64,000 nucleotides of DNA from Eledone cirrhosa (GCA_964016885.1 OZ024742.1:53444001-53508000), one strand, 5' to 3'; counted from the stretch's first letter, positions 26,467 to 42,210 are shown. A program made the numbers and translations. Notes: a model not told the origin generated them from the sequence alone.

Positions 26467-27771
26467 TACATATTGAACGAGAATATAAGAATAAGTGGAC
26501 TGGCAGTCATTACTATGTAGAGGCGCACTAGATGATTCAGCTACTTTAAAATATGATAATTGCTTACTGGCAATAGAAAATAAAACGGAAAGGAAATGAA
26601 CCAATTGTCAGATTGAATTTAGGAAACAATGTTTTCATTCGTCTTTCAGTTGCTAATCCTATAAGTCAGTTGCAAATCCTAACAGAACAAAGGGCTTTGC
26701 CGTTAGAATGGACTAAGAAAACTATGTTCTTTTTTTCTTTTCGTTGATCTTCCTTTTGCTGATATTATTTGCTGATCGCATCTCATGGCAAAAGGAACAA
26801 GGTGAAATAAAGTATTCCGCTTTAAAAAAAGCCAGCTCTAGGAATCGATATTCCAACTAGATCGTCGTGAGTCCCAAACCCTAAGCACTAAGCCATCAAG
26901 AGGCAATGTAAACGACTAAAACCAATGAAGTCATTAAAATAAAACAAATTAAGTTTATATTTGTACGTTTACAAGTTCAGTTCGCTTTCTACGGGTGTTT
27001 TTCTCAGAGGAGATTTTAAGGTTGTTTTACTGATAGAGCCCCCCTGCCCTACCATACACACACATGTGTATCCTGTTTATACATCTCAACCTGCGCACGT
27101 TTAGTTAGCTTTCTACGAGGTTTTATCTCATAGGAGATTTTCATGTGTTTTATTGACAGAGGCCTCCTCCTATCATACACATAGATAAGGTTATGTTACA
27201 GCTGACACGTAATTAGATTTACCTGGCCTTCTACAAGGTTGTATCAGGGGCCTAATTCGTCTCATGAAAAGCAACTTGAAATAAATAAAAGGTCTTGCTC
27301 AAGAACACAGGGCACCATCCGTTCGAGGACCAATCCCATCACCCTATGATAATGAATCCGGCACCCTAACCACTAGGCCATGCACTTTGAAGTGAAGTCA
27401 TAAACCTAACGAAGCCTTAGTCTATTGAATAAAACTAGTTTAAGACTTTAAGTAAACATTCATCAAACAAAATATCCGCTATCAAATATAATAATTACTT
27501 ATTAGTAATGAAAGACATATGTGTACATGGTTAAACAGTATGATAGTTGTTTTACCACAAACATTCGTCAGACATTCCACAGCACAGACCACGTAAATCG
27601 TGTAAAACAATTAGTATAATTAATGACTTAGTATAATTATGACTTAGTATAATTAGTGAATTAGTATAATTAATGAGTTGCATTCTTAGACATTAACTCA
27701 TATATAGTGCACATATGTATGCAGCTAAGTTTGGCAAGTGATTCTCTTTTTCTATGCTATGCTATGCTATG

Positions 27772-27853
<82 letters not shown>

Positions 27854-27980
27854 TATGAATTAATCAGTGCCTGTCAAGCGAGCACTATATGCAAATGAAT
27901 AACTCCAGTAGGCATTATATACGCAAAAGTCGTATAAGCTATAGCATATACTTATCTCAGTACTGAGTAATTAAATGTCC

Positions 27981-28021
27981 CTGATGATGGATAAAGAATC
28001 TTGAAACAATAATATCCGGTA
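27981..28021 (+). ncRNA. Degenerate hammerhead core
   Basis: CTGATGA-TGGAT AAAGA ATCTT-GAAAC...GTA; stem III is poorly paired. Confidence 0.35.
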
Positions 28022-28315
28022 TTCTCACACAGCTACTATATATACATATACTTCAGTGAAAATGTGACAAGGCCGGATTCCAATAACTTCCTTTATTGTG
28101 CATAATTGTAGAATACGTATTTCTCTGGTCATCTTACGTCATCAGAGCATGACACAACACAATTGCCCTCTACGACGAATGCTATCACTACGGAGGCTGC
28201 TGTCGTAATGTTGGTATCGCTAGCCAGGCCGCCTCCTTATCAATTCTTTGTTTATATTTTGCTCTGCCCTATTATGGATTATTTTAACAAAACCTTTTAT
28301 GTTCATACAATCTGT

Positions 28316-28355
28316 TGACGTCATCAATTGTTTTCTGTCATGGTCGATGACGTTA
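28316..28355. promoter_or_regulatory. Full CRE palindrome TGACGTCA plus TGACGTTA; possible promoter of the profilin-like gene
   Basis: Both motifs are seen directly, ~180 bp upstream (minus strand) of a GAC|GTAAGA donor at 28138. Function is inference. Confidence 0.25.
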
Positions 28356-28497
28356 GCCGGTCACAGAAATGAATATTGTGTAATTATGTAACGATAAATG
28401 AAGATAATGGAATTCTACTTTCTCATATTTTCTTCGTTCCTGTACAAATCATGAGATACCACGTCTACGATGGAATATACGGATAACGTCGAGTGCT

Positions 28498-29610
<1,113 letters not shown>

Positions 29611-30142
29611 ATTTATACATATATATATATATAGTTTCAAAGGAAAGCCCTCATGGCTAATTCTTTAGAATATTAATTCAAATTGGAGGGTGGAGGTGCA
29701 CAGAACAAAGGCATAACTTGTCCTATCTTAGTATGTACCTGTTTTGTTACGCCTCAATGTGCACCGAAATGAAAGGTATCAAGCATAATGCACTAAAACC
29801 ATAGTGATTCCCAGATGTTGATTGAGGAGATGGGACTGCTCGTTTTTTTCTTTTTTTTTTTCCACTGTTTTAGTTCTGTGCGTCTCCTACCATATATATA
29901 CAAACACACATATATATTTATATATATATATTTGTATTTAATGAAAGTAAGAGAAGGAGGGAGACAGAGCGAGAGAGATAATGAGAATACTGTGTGTGAG
30001 GGGTCGTGTTTCATTTGAACTCATGACTACTAGCTTCATCTGAGATTATATAAGCCGACAAGTTTCCGTCCGTCGACACTATAAATACATACATTTCTGA
30101 ACGTGGCCCAAAGGGAAACGTAGACGCCTTGAATCTTATCTA

Positions 30143-30185
<43 letters not shown>

Positions 30186-30202
30186 ATATATATATATATA
30201 TA

Positions 30203-30280
<78 letters not shown>

Positions 30281-30617
30281 GTATATATATATACATACAT
30301 ATATGTATGTATGTATGCATAATTAGGTGTCTAGAAATACTTCCTGTCGCTTGATTCATTAAAGTGTTGTAGTTATAACTTACATTACAAACTTACATCA
30401 TGGCTTGAAATACAGAATTGGATGTTTACATACTTATTTATATATTATTAATATTATTTTTCTTGTTTCAATCATTCATTTGACTGAAACATATATAGAC
30501 AAACACACTTGCAAAAACAAAAAACAAAAAATATATATATATATACGTGTGTGTCTATATATATATTTAACGAAGGATATTAGTAAGAAATATGTAATTT
30601 TTATAGAAATAGTTATA

Positions 30618-30922
30618 TGTGGTTATTAGTTGATATGATAATAACAAAGTATAATAGGAATTGGTATAATAATGAGAATATAAAGAATAAATGATTTGGT
30701 TTATATATGGTTTACTTCACGTGAATCAATTAAAAGGTACAATAAATAAGTTACCATAAGTTGCAAAGATTGACAATATTATTTTGTTGTTGACGTGAGG
30801 CTGTTGTAGTCTGTTGTTGTTGGTGTGAAAACAGCGAGCGACAGATTAATTGTTGTTGTTGTTGGAATTTGGAGTCCGTGGTAGTAGTTGTGAGACCGTA
30901 GTAAGTAAGAGAGAGAGAGAGA

Positions 30923-30981
<59 letters not shown>

Positions 30982-31417
30982 TTTGTATACCTCTGTTATG
31001 GTCTGTCGTAACTGTGAACTACCGTGAACTGCAGACAGCGGTGAATCTTCCACATTTGTGTTCTGTAGTAGTAGGGTTCCAATCGCTCTGGGTGTATCTG
31101 TAGACCTCATGGGGTCTGTTGATAGTGGTGAATCTTTACATAGTTAGTTGCTAGCGTAATGCTCCGATGTCTCTGGCTCTGTAGACCCTTGGGGTCTATT
31201 GATAGCAGTAAATCCTTACATAGTTTGTTATAGGTGTAATGCTCCGATGTATCTCCTTATGTAGGATGTTACAGGTTCTCTATATAGCTGTCGCTTCCTG
31301 TCTCCCACCTTGAGGGCATAGTCAACGCATCAACCTGTCTATACCAAAAAGGTGTTCACCTAGAATTTGACCTTTAGGTGTCACCCAAGGTTCAAGGCGC
31401 GAACAGATTTGGCTACA
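30618..31417 (-). mobile_element. Solo LTR (TG...CA), same family as 48763-49201, with internal (GA)n expansion
   Basis: Minus strand TGTAGCCAAATCTG...TAACCACA; TATA on both sides (a weak TSD in this TA context). Confidence 0.7.
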
Positions 31418-32974
31418 TATATATATATATATATGAAAACATGGCGTGCTGCGTGGTTGCAAATGAGTTACATATGAATAAATTTAGTCCTTCATCAGTG
31501 ATCTTCCAACCTTCATTGGTATTTCATCGCTTTAAAGAGACCATATACCTCTGGTTGGTACGAGCAACGGCTAAAGAAAGTCGTTGGGACACGTAAACAG
31601 GGGGAACGAGCGAGACAGTAAACAATCAAAGATGGTAATGCAACGAAAAGTGAGGAAGAAGGAGTCAAGTCCCTGAAATCGATGAACATAAGTTCTGTGA
31701 AATCGTGGACGAGAGATTTTATTTCATGGACCCATGGAAGGATGATAGGTAAATCTGGTGGAATTTTAAAGAAGTAAGAGAAGAAATAGAATGGTGATTA
31801 TTTAGTTTCATCTGTTTCCTATGTAATATTGACCCTATTGACTTTGGTATTCGTCATACCAGTTCCGATAAATTAAGCAAATCCCGTGCACTCCGTAGTC
31901 CAAACGATTATATACTTCTTAGCTGAAAGTGCTTGGCCATTTTGTAGTGAAATCCCGTTGTTCTTTATTTTAAACCGCTAATATCGATTACAAAACATTA
32001 GTGGTTATTTTAACATGCAGCTGACTCCTCTTTGTGCAACTCTAAATCTAATTTTGCGCAGTAAGTTTATATTTTGTGTCAAATACCACATGTAACACTT
32101 ACACAGTAAATGGTGGTGTAAAAGACTTTAAATACTAATAAAATACTAAAAACACTGTGTCATGGCACCTGCCTCAAAATCTCTTTAAAAAAAAGAAACA
32201 CCACAAAGCATACACATTTTGTTTCAAAGATTTGTTTCCAACAAATTTCATTATCTACATATAATCACGCTTCACTTTGTAATTAATTAAGAATTGCAAT
32301 TAGTATTTTGTTCATACAAGTAGTAGTATTATAATTAATTAAAATCGAAATTTCTATTCATTCGACTGCTACCAATTCATCTTTGTCAATGGGTGGTATT
32401 TTACCAAGTGTGATTTAGTTTAAAGAACAGGCGACTTCACTTCAGTCAAAATTTGACGAAGTATTCTGAATTTTAAATGTGTTTCAGATGGAGGTCAAAT
32501 AATTAATATTCACCTAGCTCATATGTTGTTTTGCATACGATAATTTTTTTTGAATCAGTGTTCTGTGAAATGCACATAGTATTTATGGCCAAATAGACAA
32601 GTTTGCTTGGCAATCATTAGGTCCCGGTTTCAATCCTATTGCGTGACATCTTGAGCAGTGTCATATACCATAGCCACAGTTCGAGCCATGCATTATGAGT
32701 CGGAAACACTTTGGAAGCCTGACAGGTGGAACATGACTGTACTTCCGAGGACCAGACTTATCAAACATACTATGTCACACTGGATCTTCATGCAGATATG
32801 ATTAAGGGTACACATGCCTGTGAAATACACGATAAACTGTGCTTATATATATCAAAGGACCAGCCTTGTCAACACACTGTGTCACACTGATTCACCTTCA
32901 GATTTACGGTAATCGTACACGTGTCCGTGGAATACTCAGTCACTTACACTTAAATTTCATTATTAGGCTATCCA

Positions 32975-33113
32975 TGAGTTCAAATCCCGCCGAGGTTAAC
33001 TTTGCCTTTCATCCTTACGGGGTCGATAAAATAAAGTACCAGTCACGCACTGGGGTCGATTTAATCGACTTTCCCCTCCCCCAAAATTGCTGGCCTTGTG
33101 CCTATATAAGAAA
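32975..33113 (+). mobile_element. 5'-truncated young SINE A with an 18-bp TSD
   Basis: TCATTATTAGGCTATCCA at 32957-32974 and 33114-33131. Confidence 0.9.
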
Positions 33114-33819
33114 TCATTATTAGGCTATCCAATAACTGCATAATCATCGTCAGAACGGACGGAGGCACATCCCTTTCTACATACTATTTCCAATGCTAAT
33201 ATCCTTGCAATTGTACATATAAGGTAGACTACATCAGTAGAAATATTAACTTCAACCATGTAGCACTTCAGTAACATAATTGAGTCGCTGTTTCGAGAGA
33301 AAGGCAGGGATACCAAATAAACCACATACAGTTCAGTGTAATATTATTTGTCTTAAGTATGTTTTATCTACTAAAGGAAAAGGAAGAGAGGCGGTATCGC
33401 TTATTCAACATCATTTTATTCCATTTCATCATCCCATTGTGCACATTTCGAAAGCAACAAAAGGTTGCCATTCAATGCGTTGTCGTCAGACAGGAAGTTC
33501 AAATGCAAATAAAAATAAAGTTTATTTTTGTTTTTGTTTTTGATATGCTTGTCCTAAGGACATAGAACATTGAGCATTGTTGAATAACGACATTTTGGTT
33601 TCTTTTAAATGTGCATAACGGGATTATCTAATGGAATAAAATGATGTTCAATATGTGATACCATGTCCCTCCCTTTTCTTAATATTGATACTCTGTCTGA
33701 TATCATCTACATAATAACTTGTGGCATCCACGATGTCTAGTACTCCCGCGTGATTACACCATTGTTGGGAGATTGATTGGATCAACTAACACTGATTTTC
33801 ATTATATATATATATATAT

Positions 33820-33980
33820 CGGACGCCATGCGTTGCAGCATAGAGTTACCCCCCTTTACAGTCTGAGGTCAAATCCCGCCGTGGTAAACTTTGCCTTTCA
33901 TCCTTACGGGGTCGATAAAATCAAGTACAGTAATGCACTGGGATAATTGCTGGCCTTGTACCAAAAGAAGAAACAATTAT
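33820..33980 (+). mobile_element. SINE family A
   Basis: Consensus core. Confidence 0.8.
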
Positions 33981-33998
33981 ATATATACATACATATAC

Positions 33999-34040
<42 letters not shown>

Positions 34041-34239
34041 CAACAACAACGATACCACCAGCATTAAACACAAGAAGAAAAACAGCAACAACAACGACTG
34101 AATACATGTTAGATCTTTGTCTGTCTCAGGGAAATTTGTACAACCAGCTTGTGGCCCATTAATACCCATTGGGAATTGCATAGTTACGCTCTTGCATAAA
34201 TATACACAGACACAGAGACAAACACATATATACATGCAC

Positions 34240-34307
<68 letters not shown>

Positions 34308-34309
<2 letters not shown>

Positions 34310-34508
34310 CGAAGGAAATGTGGTAAGGAACCAGATGGACCATAAGGCACCAAAGTACTCAATACTTAGGGTAGTAGAGTGGGTAATAGGAACAAGTATG
34401 ACCCCGACGGCAGAGCTTAAGCCGTTTCGACGGCTAATTCTGGACTGAATTCAGTCCAGAATTAGCCGTCGAAACGGCTTGAGCTCTGCCGTCGGGGTCA
34501 TACTTGTT

Positions 34509-34513
<5 letters not shown>
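34308..34513 (-). mobile_element. Fold-back family P1 element between (TA)n tracts
   Basis: 64-bp arms centred on GAA|TTC (34449/34450); GAAACGGC-TTGAGCTCT-GCCGTC. Confidence 0.8.
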
Positions 34514-34570
<57 letters not shown>

Positions 34571-34612
34571 TACACACACACACACACATACATATATATA
34601 CACAGACACACG

Positions 34613-34696
<84 letters not shown>

Positions 34697-35130
34697 AGTG
34701 TGTGTGTGTGTACGTTTGTGTATGTCTGTGCGTTTCCTATTCATTCTTAGCGATTGCTCAGCCTAAATATTTACACCAACATCATTATTACTCACACCGT
34801 CACACCACCATCACCACGTCTGCTACCAGCACCAGCAGCACCACCACCGAACCCCAACAACTACCACCGCCACTACAAAGACTTCTGCACCTACTAGACA
34901 ACCATCCACCGTTACCATCATTTACCAAACCACAACCGCACCCATCAATACCAGGCTATCCATTCTTTTGAATTCAGACTTAAATTATACAAGAAGTTTA
35001 GCTGAGCCCCCATATATATATCTATATATCTATATATATATCTATATATCTATATCTATTTATATATCTATATATCTATATATCTATATATATATCTATA
35101 TATCTATATCTATATATATATCTATATCTA

Positions 35131-35224
<94 letters not shown>

Positions 35225-35262
35225 AGAGTGAGAAATTAAATTTCGTTTTCATTTTATTTCAA

Positions 35263-35316
<54 letters not shown>

Positions 35317-35318
<2 letters not shown>

Positions 35319-35471
35319 AACCAGTAAGACCCCGACGGCTGAGCTCAAGCCGTTTCGACGGCTAATTCAGCCGTCGGGGTCTTACTGGTTCCTATTACCC
35401 ACTCTACTACCCCAAGTATTGAGTACTTTGGTGCGTTATGGTCCACCTGGTTCCTTACCACATTTCCTTCG

Positions 35472-35473
<2 letters not shown>
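35317..35473 (+). mobile_element. Family P1 element, opposite orientation, centre deleted
   Basis: GGAACCAGTAAGACCCCGACGGCTGA...TCAGCCGTCGGGGTCTTACTGGTTCC, followed by the family tail. Confidence 0.8.
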
Positions 35474-35518
<45 letters not shown>

Positions 35519-35546
35519 TACATATAGAGAGATAGATAGATAGTAT

Positions 35547-35627
35547 CTGAAAGAACCCGCAGAAGTAGAATCAGCCAGATCCATACAAGGGCCATGTCTT
35601 GAGCTACCTGCCGGCGAAACATTTGTA
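35547..35627 (+). ncRNA. Hammerhead-like motif with long stem II
   Basis: CTGAAAGA-ACCCGCAG AAGTAG...CTAC CTGCCGGC-GAAAC ATTT GTA, then AATAAA. The first box has one extra A. Confidence 0.4.
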
Positions 35628-35761
35628 ACACGCAATAAATTAAGTCCAGATGCATCACTGATTTTTCGTTTTCTTTATACTTTCTACACTCTACTCTACT
35701 GAATATCGAGTGCTAATTTTGGCATACCGCCTATGGAAGCACCATAGGTACCATTATACAG

Positions 35762-35848
<87 letters not shown>

Positions 35849-36310
35849 CATACTCAACTCATTAAAAGCATCAACAAAAGGCATTGACGCCTGTTCGACA
35901 TACGGGGATGATTTGCCATTTCGATAACACCGAATTGACAGGCAATTACGGAAAGAAATGTGTCATCATTTTCTATTCTCAGTTTGTTTTCGCAGTAATC
36001 CTGTTATCTCATATAACTAATTCTGCAATCAACACCCGATGAAATTACCTAAGCCTTGCATCATGATCGGATGATGAAATTGGGCCATTGAAATATGTAT
36101 AGTGTTTATACATATATGTATATAAGTGAACTTTTAAAGAAAGTTTCCAGTCTGGCCTTCTATTGTTGTTTTTAATGAATGTTTAACTCTAATTCTGCAC
36201 CAGCCACGGGATACTACATCTACGATGGATGATTTGCATAACGTCGAGTGCTTTAATATATTGCTTCATCGTTTACTAGCTGGAATCACCAGCTCTACCC
36301 ATTGGTAAAC

Positions 36311-36346
<36 letters not shown>

Positions 36347-36880
36347 AAGATATACGGTATGTTTAATAAATAAACATTTTGAAAGCCCAGCTATAAATAT
36401 TGGAAGGCTGACGGCCAGTGCCCTCTAGCGGATTCCAGCAGAAGCAGCGGGGGACAACTGTCTATCAAGACAGTGCTTCCCCTGCTCCCTGCTGGAACTT
36501 GAAACAGGCGAAAATATATAGTTTTTTTTACCTGTGTAGTTGGGCTGATAAGCTTCATTTGCATATGAAGCTGTATAAGTTTGTTCACCTTAAAAGTAGA
36601 ATTAAAATTTAGCTTCTGTTTAGCAGTATACATACATGTCTGTGCATACATACATATATATATATATATATATAATAACATATGGAGAAAAATACTGCAG
36701 GTAGCGCATGGATAACATGTAATAAAATGAGTCCCTCATCAGTGATTTGCCGACGATCATAGATATTTCATTGCATTAAAAATCATATACCTCACGTCGG
36801 TGCAATAATAACCAAAATAAGTTATTAGGACAATTAAAACGCGTAAAGCGAGTGAGACAACACACACATACACACACACA

Positions 36881-36916
<36 letters not shown>

Positions 36917-37903
36917 ACACACACTCACACACACACATATATATATATATATATTCATATATAAACGCCAAAAATCAAAACAGAAAAAATGTCAGTCGCT
37001 TCCTAAAACGTGGTGAAACAACCAGTTCACATCACCTACCCCCCATTCCCCACCTTGCGAAAGAAATACGCATACCCATGTTTCGTCCCACTAGGCTACA
37101 ACGACTTCCGCACCCTCCTCAATCATAAACACCGTAATCTACACACATTTCCATCCTTCTCTAACTCTCCTTCTCAAACTACTTCCCCCAGTCCCGCACC
37201 CACTACGACTTCCCCTCCTCCATCACAAATACCAAACTCTCACACATTTCCTTCCTTCTCTCTTACTCTCGCTCTCTCACAACCCCCGCCTCACTCCCCA
37301 GGCCCACAACAACTCTCCCCTCCACTTCATCACAAACACCGTAACCCTCATACGTTTCCTTCCTTCACTTTCAACATCTGAAACGCACCCACTCACCCCC
37401 ACCCTCAACTAACTCATTATATCTTATTACTTGTAACTTCTAGGGCGATCTTTCACTCGAAAAATAAAAAATAAAAAAAAGTAATCATAACAAAAAGTAA
37501 CTACAAGCAAAAAAAGTCGACATACAGGAATTAAGTAAGTAAATATATAGAAGTAAAAAAAATGAACTAGGTCTCCCTCACTCTATATGTCTGTCTCTCC
37601 CTGTCTCTGTCTCTCTCATGATTAGATAGATGTGCTGAGATAGATGCCTAGATGTGCTACATTCTCAGCCCCCCCCCCCCCCACCCACTCTCTCTCTCTC
37701 TCTCTGTCCCTCATTATTAGATGTGCTGTGAAACAGATGCCCGGATGTGTACACATTCAACGGGGTCTGGGCTAAAAAACCGTGTTTGCAGAGTCACGTG
37801 TTCTCCATCATGTAAATGGCTTGCTAGATGCATGCATACAAAACACAAATGCACACATACACAGACACACACTCACATATGCATACAAAAAGCACTCTCA
37901 CAA

Positions 37904-37953
<50 letters not shown>

Positions 37954-38149
37954 TTCCTACGGAAATACTTCATTATATATAGGAAAAGAGACAGAACCCC
38001 GGCGGCTGAGCTCCGGCCGTTTCGTTAGCTAGATCCGAACTCATAAATATATTATGTATATGTGTATATATATATATATATATCATATCTGATTTTTGCG
38101 TTTCACTTCGCTTTTCCTGCCCGCCGAAATGCGTTTCTAGCTGAATCTT

Positions 38150-38186
<37 letters not shown>

Positions 38187-38404
38187 ATATTTATATTGCT
38201 TGATTAACATGTCTGATAACCAGATTGAGGCTGCAATCGGGTCTATAACACAAATATTGATTTTGAGCCACCCATCTGTGAAACGTTAGTAACTGAGCCT
38301 AATCAGTGTAAAACCTCGTTTTGTTCTTCTTAATGTTACAGTCTGCGATAACACAGTGAGAATACTAGTACCTTCCTCAGTAAACCACAAATACCCCCCC
38401 CCCC

Positions 38405-38448
<44 letters not shown>

Positions 38449-38874
38449 TATATATAAGGAAAAGAAATTGAAAATGCAACTGGAACCTTTTCAGAATATT
38501 TATTTATTTACTTTACAGGTTTCACAGTTCTTATGATTTTCAAAAGTAAGATTGAAATGGAGGGTTTGTGTTTCTGTTGTGGTTTGAATCCAATCCAGGG
38601 TATTTTCACTCCTGTTAGAAAAAAACCCTCTCTGGTTGACCTCCACCATTTGTCTGTTTGGTTTTGGCCATGTCTTCAGGGTTGTAGCCGTATGCACCAC
38701 CCTTGGCCAATTGCGAGTTGGTGAGGCTATTTAATCTATAGTTGGAGGGGATGGTCATTGATTGAGTTCATCTGTTTTAACAGCTCTTGCTTTTTTATGC
38801 TCAATCATTGTAGGGGTTTCTGATTATTATTGTAGAAAAAGGATATATTAGCCTGTTGTTGAACAGCATGTGCT

Positions 38875-38949
38875 TCAATCGAGCCCTTCCGATAGAATGG
38901 ACTGCCTTAATGTATTAAGATGGTCAATTCTGTTCTGTTGATCATGAAA
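38875..38949 (-). CDS. Candidate terminal exon (FHDQQNRIDHLNTLRQSILSEGLD*)
   Basis: Acceptor TTGCCTTTATTGCAG|TTT, 25 codons to TGA, ~370 nt of unique downstream sequence and an AATAAA cluster near 38500. Upstream exons are not established. Confidence 0.35.
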   Translation of the reverse strand, partial: FHDQQNRIDHLNTLRQSILSEGLD

Positions 38950-39150
38950 CTGCAATAAAGGCAATATTTGTTGAGCCCTCTAACTTTAGGTTGCTTAACG
39001 AAAACTCTACCCCTAGGGTAAGTTGATTGTGAAGTGTTTTTTATTTTAGATTAATTTACCGGGATCTACCAACCGGTCATCCTGTATTTTTATTTAAGAT
39101 ATATCTATATTTCTACATAAGTACATATCTCTCTCTCTCTCTTTCTCTCC

Positions 39151-39337
<187 letters not shown>

Positions 39338-39733
39338 TGTGTGCGTCTACAAGTAAGACAAATATGTTAATCTATTTCTGTCTTGAAATACTTCTAGCTC
39401 CCTAATTCCCGTTTTTATACAGAATACATGCACACAGTTACAAACAGGTGAGGGGGTCTAAAAAAATACATTCAAGCATGCATATTTATAAATATACACA
39501 CACAAACACACCCATATATACTGATGTGTGTACAAATGAAAGAAAATAGCAAACCACACATAATGTGAAAGTGGAGGAGATTTCTGTTAACAGTTTGACT
39601 TATTTCTGCGTTTCTCGTAGTTTCATTGACATATACAGGCCAGTTTCCTTCAGATACCGTGAAATAATTCATTTATTTCAAGGTAACTGAAGACATTAGA
39701 CGTCTACAAACTCTGGTGCTCTGCGGGTTTGTA

Positions 39734-40695
39734 TTTTTTTTTTTTTGAAGTGTCGTCGGTGTTTTGCTCCATGGTGGATCATGATAAAACCTTTTCATCG
39801 CACGCGATCTAAGATTAACTGCCCAGGTTCTTCATCAGACCATTCTGTATCTTCTTCAATGACACTTTTTGATGTCTTGAGAGGTCTTCCACGTTTGCAT
39901 TTCACATTATTCGGCTCTAACAGTAAAGGTTTTGTAGCGGGTTCGTTTCCTCTCCTGATATAAGCTGCAAGTTGGAGATGCCCGATAAGGATGCTATGGC
40001 TAATGAGCAGGAAGTTGCTGGTGAGAAATTTGTTTGTAACCCGGTCGAAAAATCTGGTGTTTTTTATGCTTCTTAACATTCAAGTAAAGTGACCGTCTAA
40101 AGCTTTGGCGATAGGTTTTTGTCACTGAGCATAATTCACAAGAATACAGTAGGATTGATTCCGCTACAGCTCCAAATAATCTAACTTTTATTTTTGTGGT
40201 TATGTCAAACTTGTTAATGGAATCAGGATCATGTACGGAAATAATCTCGTGACAGTACTGACAGCAGAAGGAGAAACTGACTTCTTTCAGGTTATCACAG
40301 GTGTACTTCAAGGCGATACTCTCCCACCGTATTTATTTATCATCATACTTGATTATGCTTTACGTGTTGCTATTGATGATTTTGATGGTTCTACGCTTCA
40401 AAAGCGTAGAACCACGAGGCATCCGTCACAACACCAAGCAGATATGGAATTGATAACATTGTCTTATGCATAGATTCAAATAATGCAGATGATCTCTTAC
40501 ACAAGTTTCAAGTGCCTATTCAAGGTATGGGACTCATCCTAATTGCCAACAAAACAAATAAGCAATACAGTTTTAGAAAAGGTATATGATTGCAAATACC
40601 TTGGCGCATAGACGTACTCGTCAAATGATATAAATAACAGGATAGCACAAGCATGGTCTGCTCTGAAATAGCTAGATAAGGTGTGGAAATCTAAC
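39734..40695. mobile_element. RTE-clade LINE 3' half with an internal inversion
   Basis: + strand 40231-40695: GETDFFQVITGVLQGDTLPPYLFIIILDYALR...KYLG...[17 protein letters not shown]. Minus strand ~40215-39734: KIKVRLFGAVAESILLYSCE...KRGRPLKT..., then A12. Confidence 0.85.
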
Positions 40696-40712
40696 TGGGT
40701 CCTACCTTAATT

Positions 40713-40793
<81 letters not shown>

Positions 40794-40870
40794 TATACAT
40801 ACCTATATACATACACACACGCATACATGTATGTAAACACATATATGTGGTTGTGTGTGTGCTTGCATAC

Positions 40871-40907
<37 letters not shown>

Positions 40908-41349
40908 GTTGTAGTGATATTACATAGTAATTTCCTTTCCCTGTCACATCGTTTACACAATAATAAGCCTTAATATGTTTCATAAGTGACACCAGAGATT
41001 GTACTGACAATATTTCCCACGGTACCAACCATTTAACCCCACACCACCACTGCTCCACACCACCACAGCTCCACACCGCCACAGCCCCACCCTCACATTG
41101 TAATAAAGAGAAAGAGAGAGACGCACACATATGCTCTGTCCCAATTGATAAAATTCTTGTCTGTTGTTAACTTCAATACGACCATATCCTTTCACATATT
41201 AAGAACTATGTCATTACACACAAACTAAATGACATACACTCTCACACCAAACTGAACTTGAAATGCTATGTAGTCCGACAAACTGGCGGAATTACTTAAT
41301 CTCACATAGAAATTCGATCGAAAATAAACATTTTGGTGATCGATGAAAT

Positions 41350-41710
41350 AATGGTTTCTTATATAGACACAGGGCCAGCAATTTTGGGGGAGGGGAAAGT
41401 CGATTAAATCGACCCAGTGCGTTACTGGTACTTTATTTTATCGACCCCGTAAGGAGGAAAGATAAAGCTAACCGTGGCAAGATTTGAACTCAGAACGTAA
41501 AGGGCTGCAACTCCATGCCACAAAGCATGTTGTCGGTGCTCTACCGTATCTGCCTCTTCTCATGCATTGAGTACTGCCCTGTTTTGTTGTCTCCCCAGTA
41601 TAGGCACAGCAGACTTTCAATATACATTTAATAATGTTTCTACTTTTGGCACAAGGCCAGCAATTACCCCAGTGGGTTACTGGTACTTTATTTTGTCGAC
41701 TCCATAAGAT
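41350..41710 (-). mobile_element. SINE family A copies (41350-41560, 41630-41710)
   Basis: Reverse complement of the core. Confidence 0.75.
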
Positions 41711-42120
41711 GATTCGAAGCACAATGTGTTATTGCAATCACAGACCTGTCAACACTTCCCGTCAGACGGGAATCTCTCACCCACTTATATATATATATAT
41801 GAAGCCACATGCGCCGATTGTGCATTGTTGCATAATAAATGCAGACAGTAGATGCAGTGCACTCTATTGCTGCATTAAGTGTGGCCGAAACTCGAGTACG
41901 GGTATAGTTTGAAGGTACCCATTTGCGTGTGTTGTATTGAAGCGAATAACTATGTGTCTACTCCGGGAGTTTATATAACATTACCTAATGAGTACGCTGA
42001 GATACAACCGGTACTAGCAGTGAAACCCATGCTAGTTCCGTCAACTTATTATACACACACACACACACACACACACACGTATATATGTGTATATATATAT
42101 GTACACACACACACAAGTGT

Positions 42121-42210
<90 letters not shown>

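Noticed and set aside
37010-37381. 123-aa Pro/Ser/Thr-rich ORF
   Set aside because: Low-complexity CT-rich degenerate tandem repeat with no splice or homology support.
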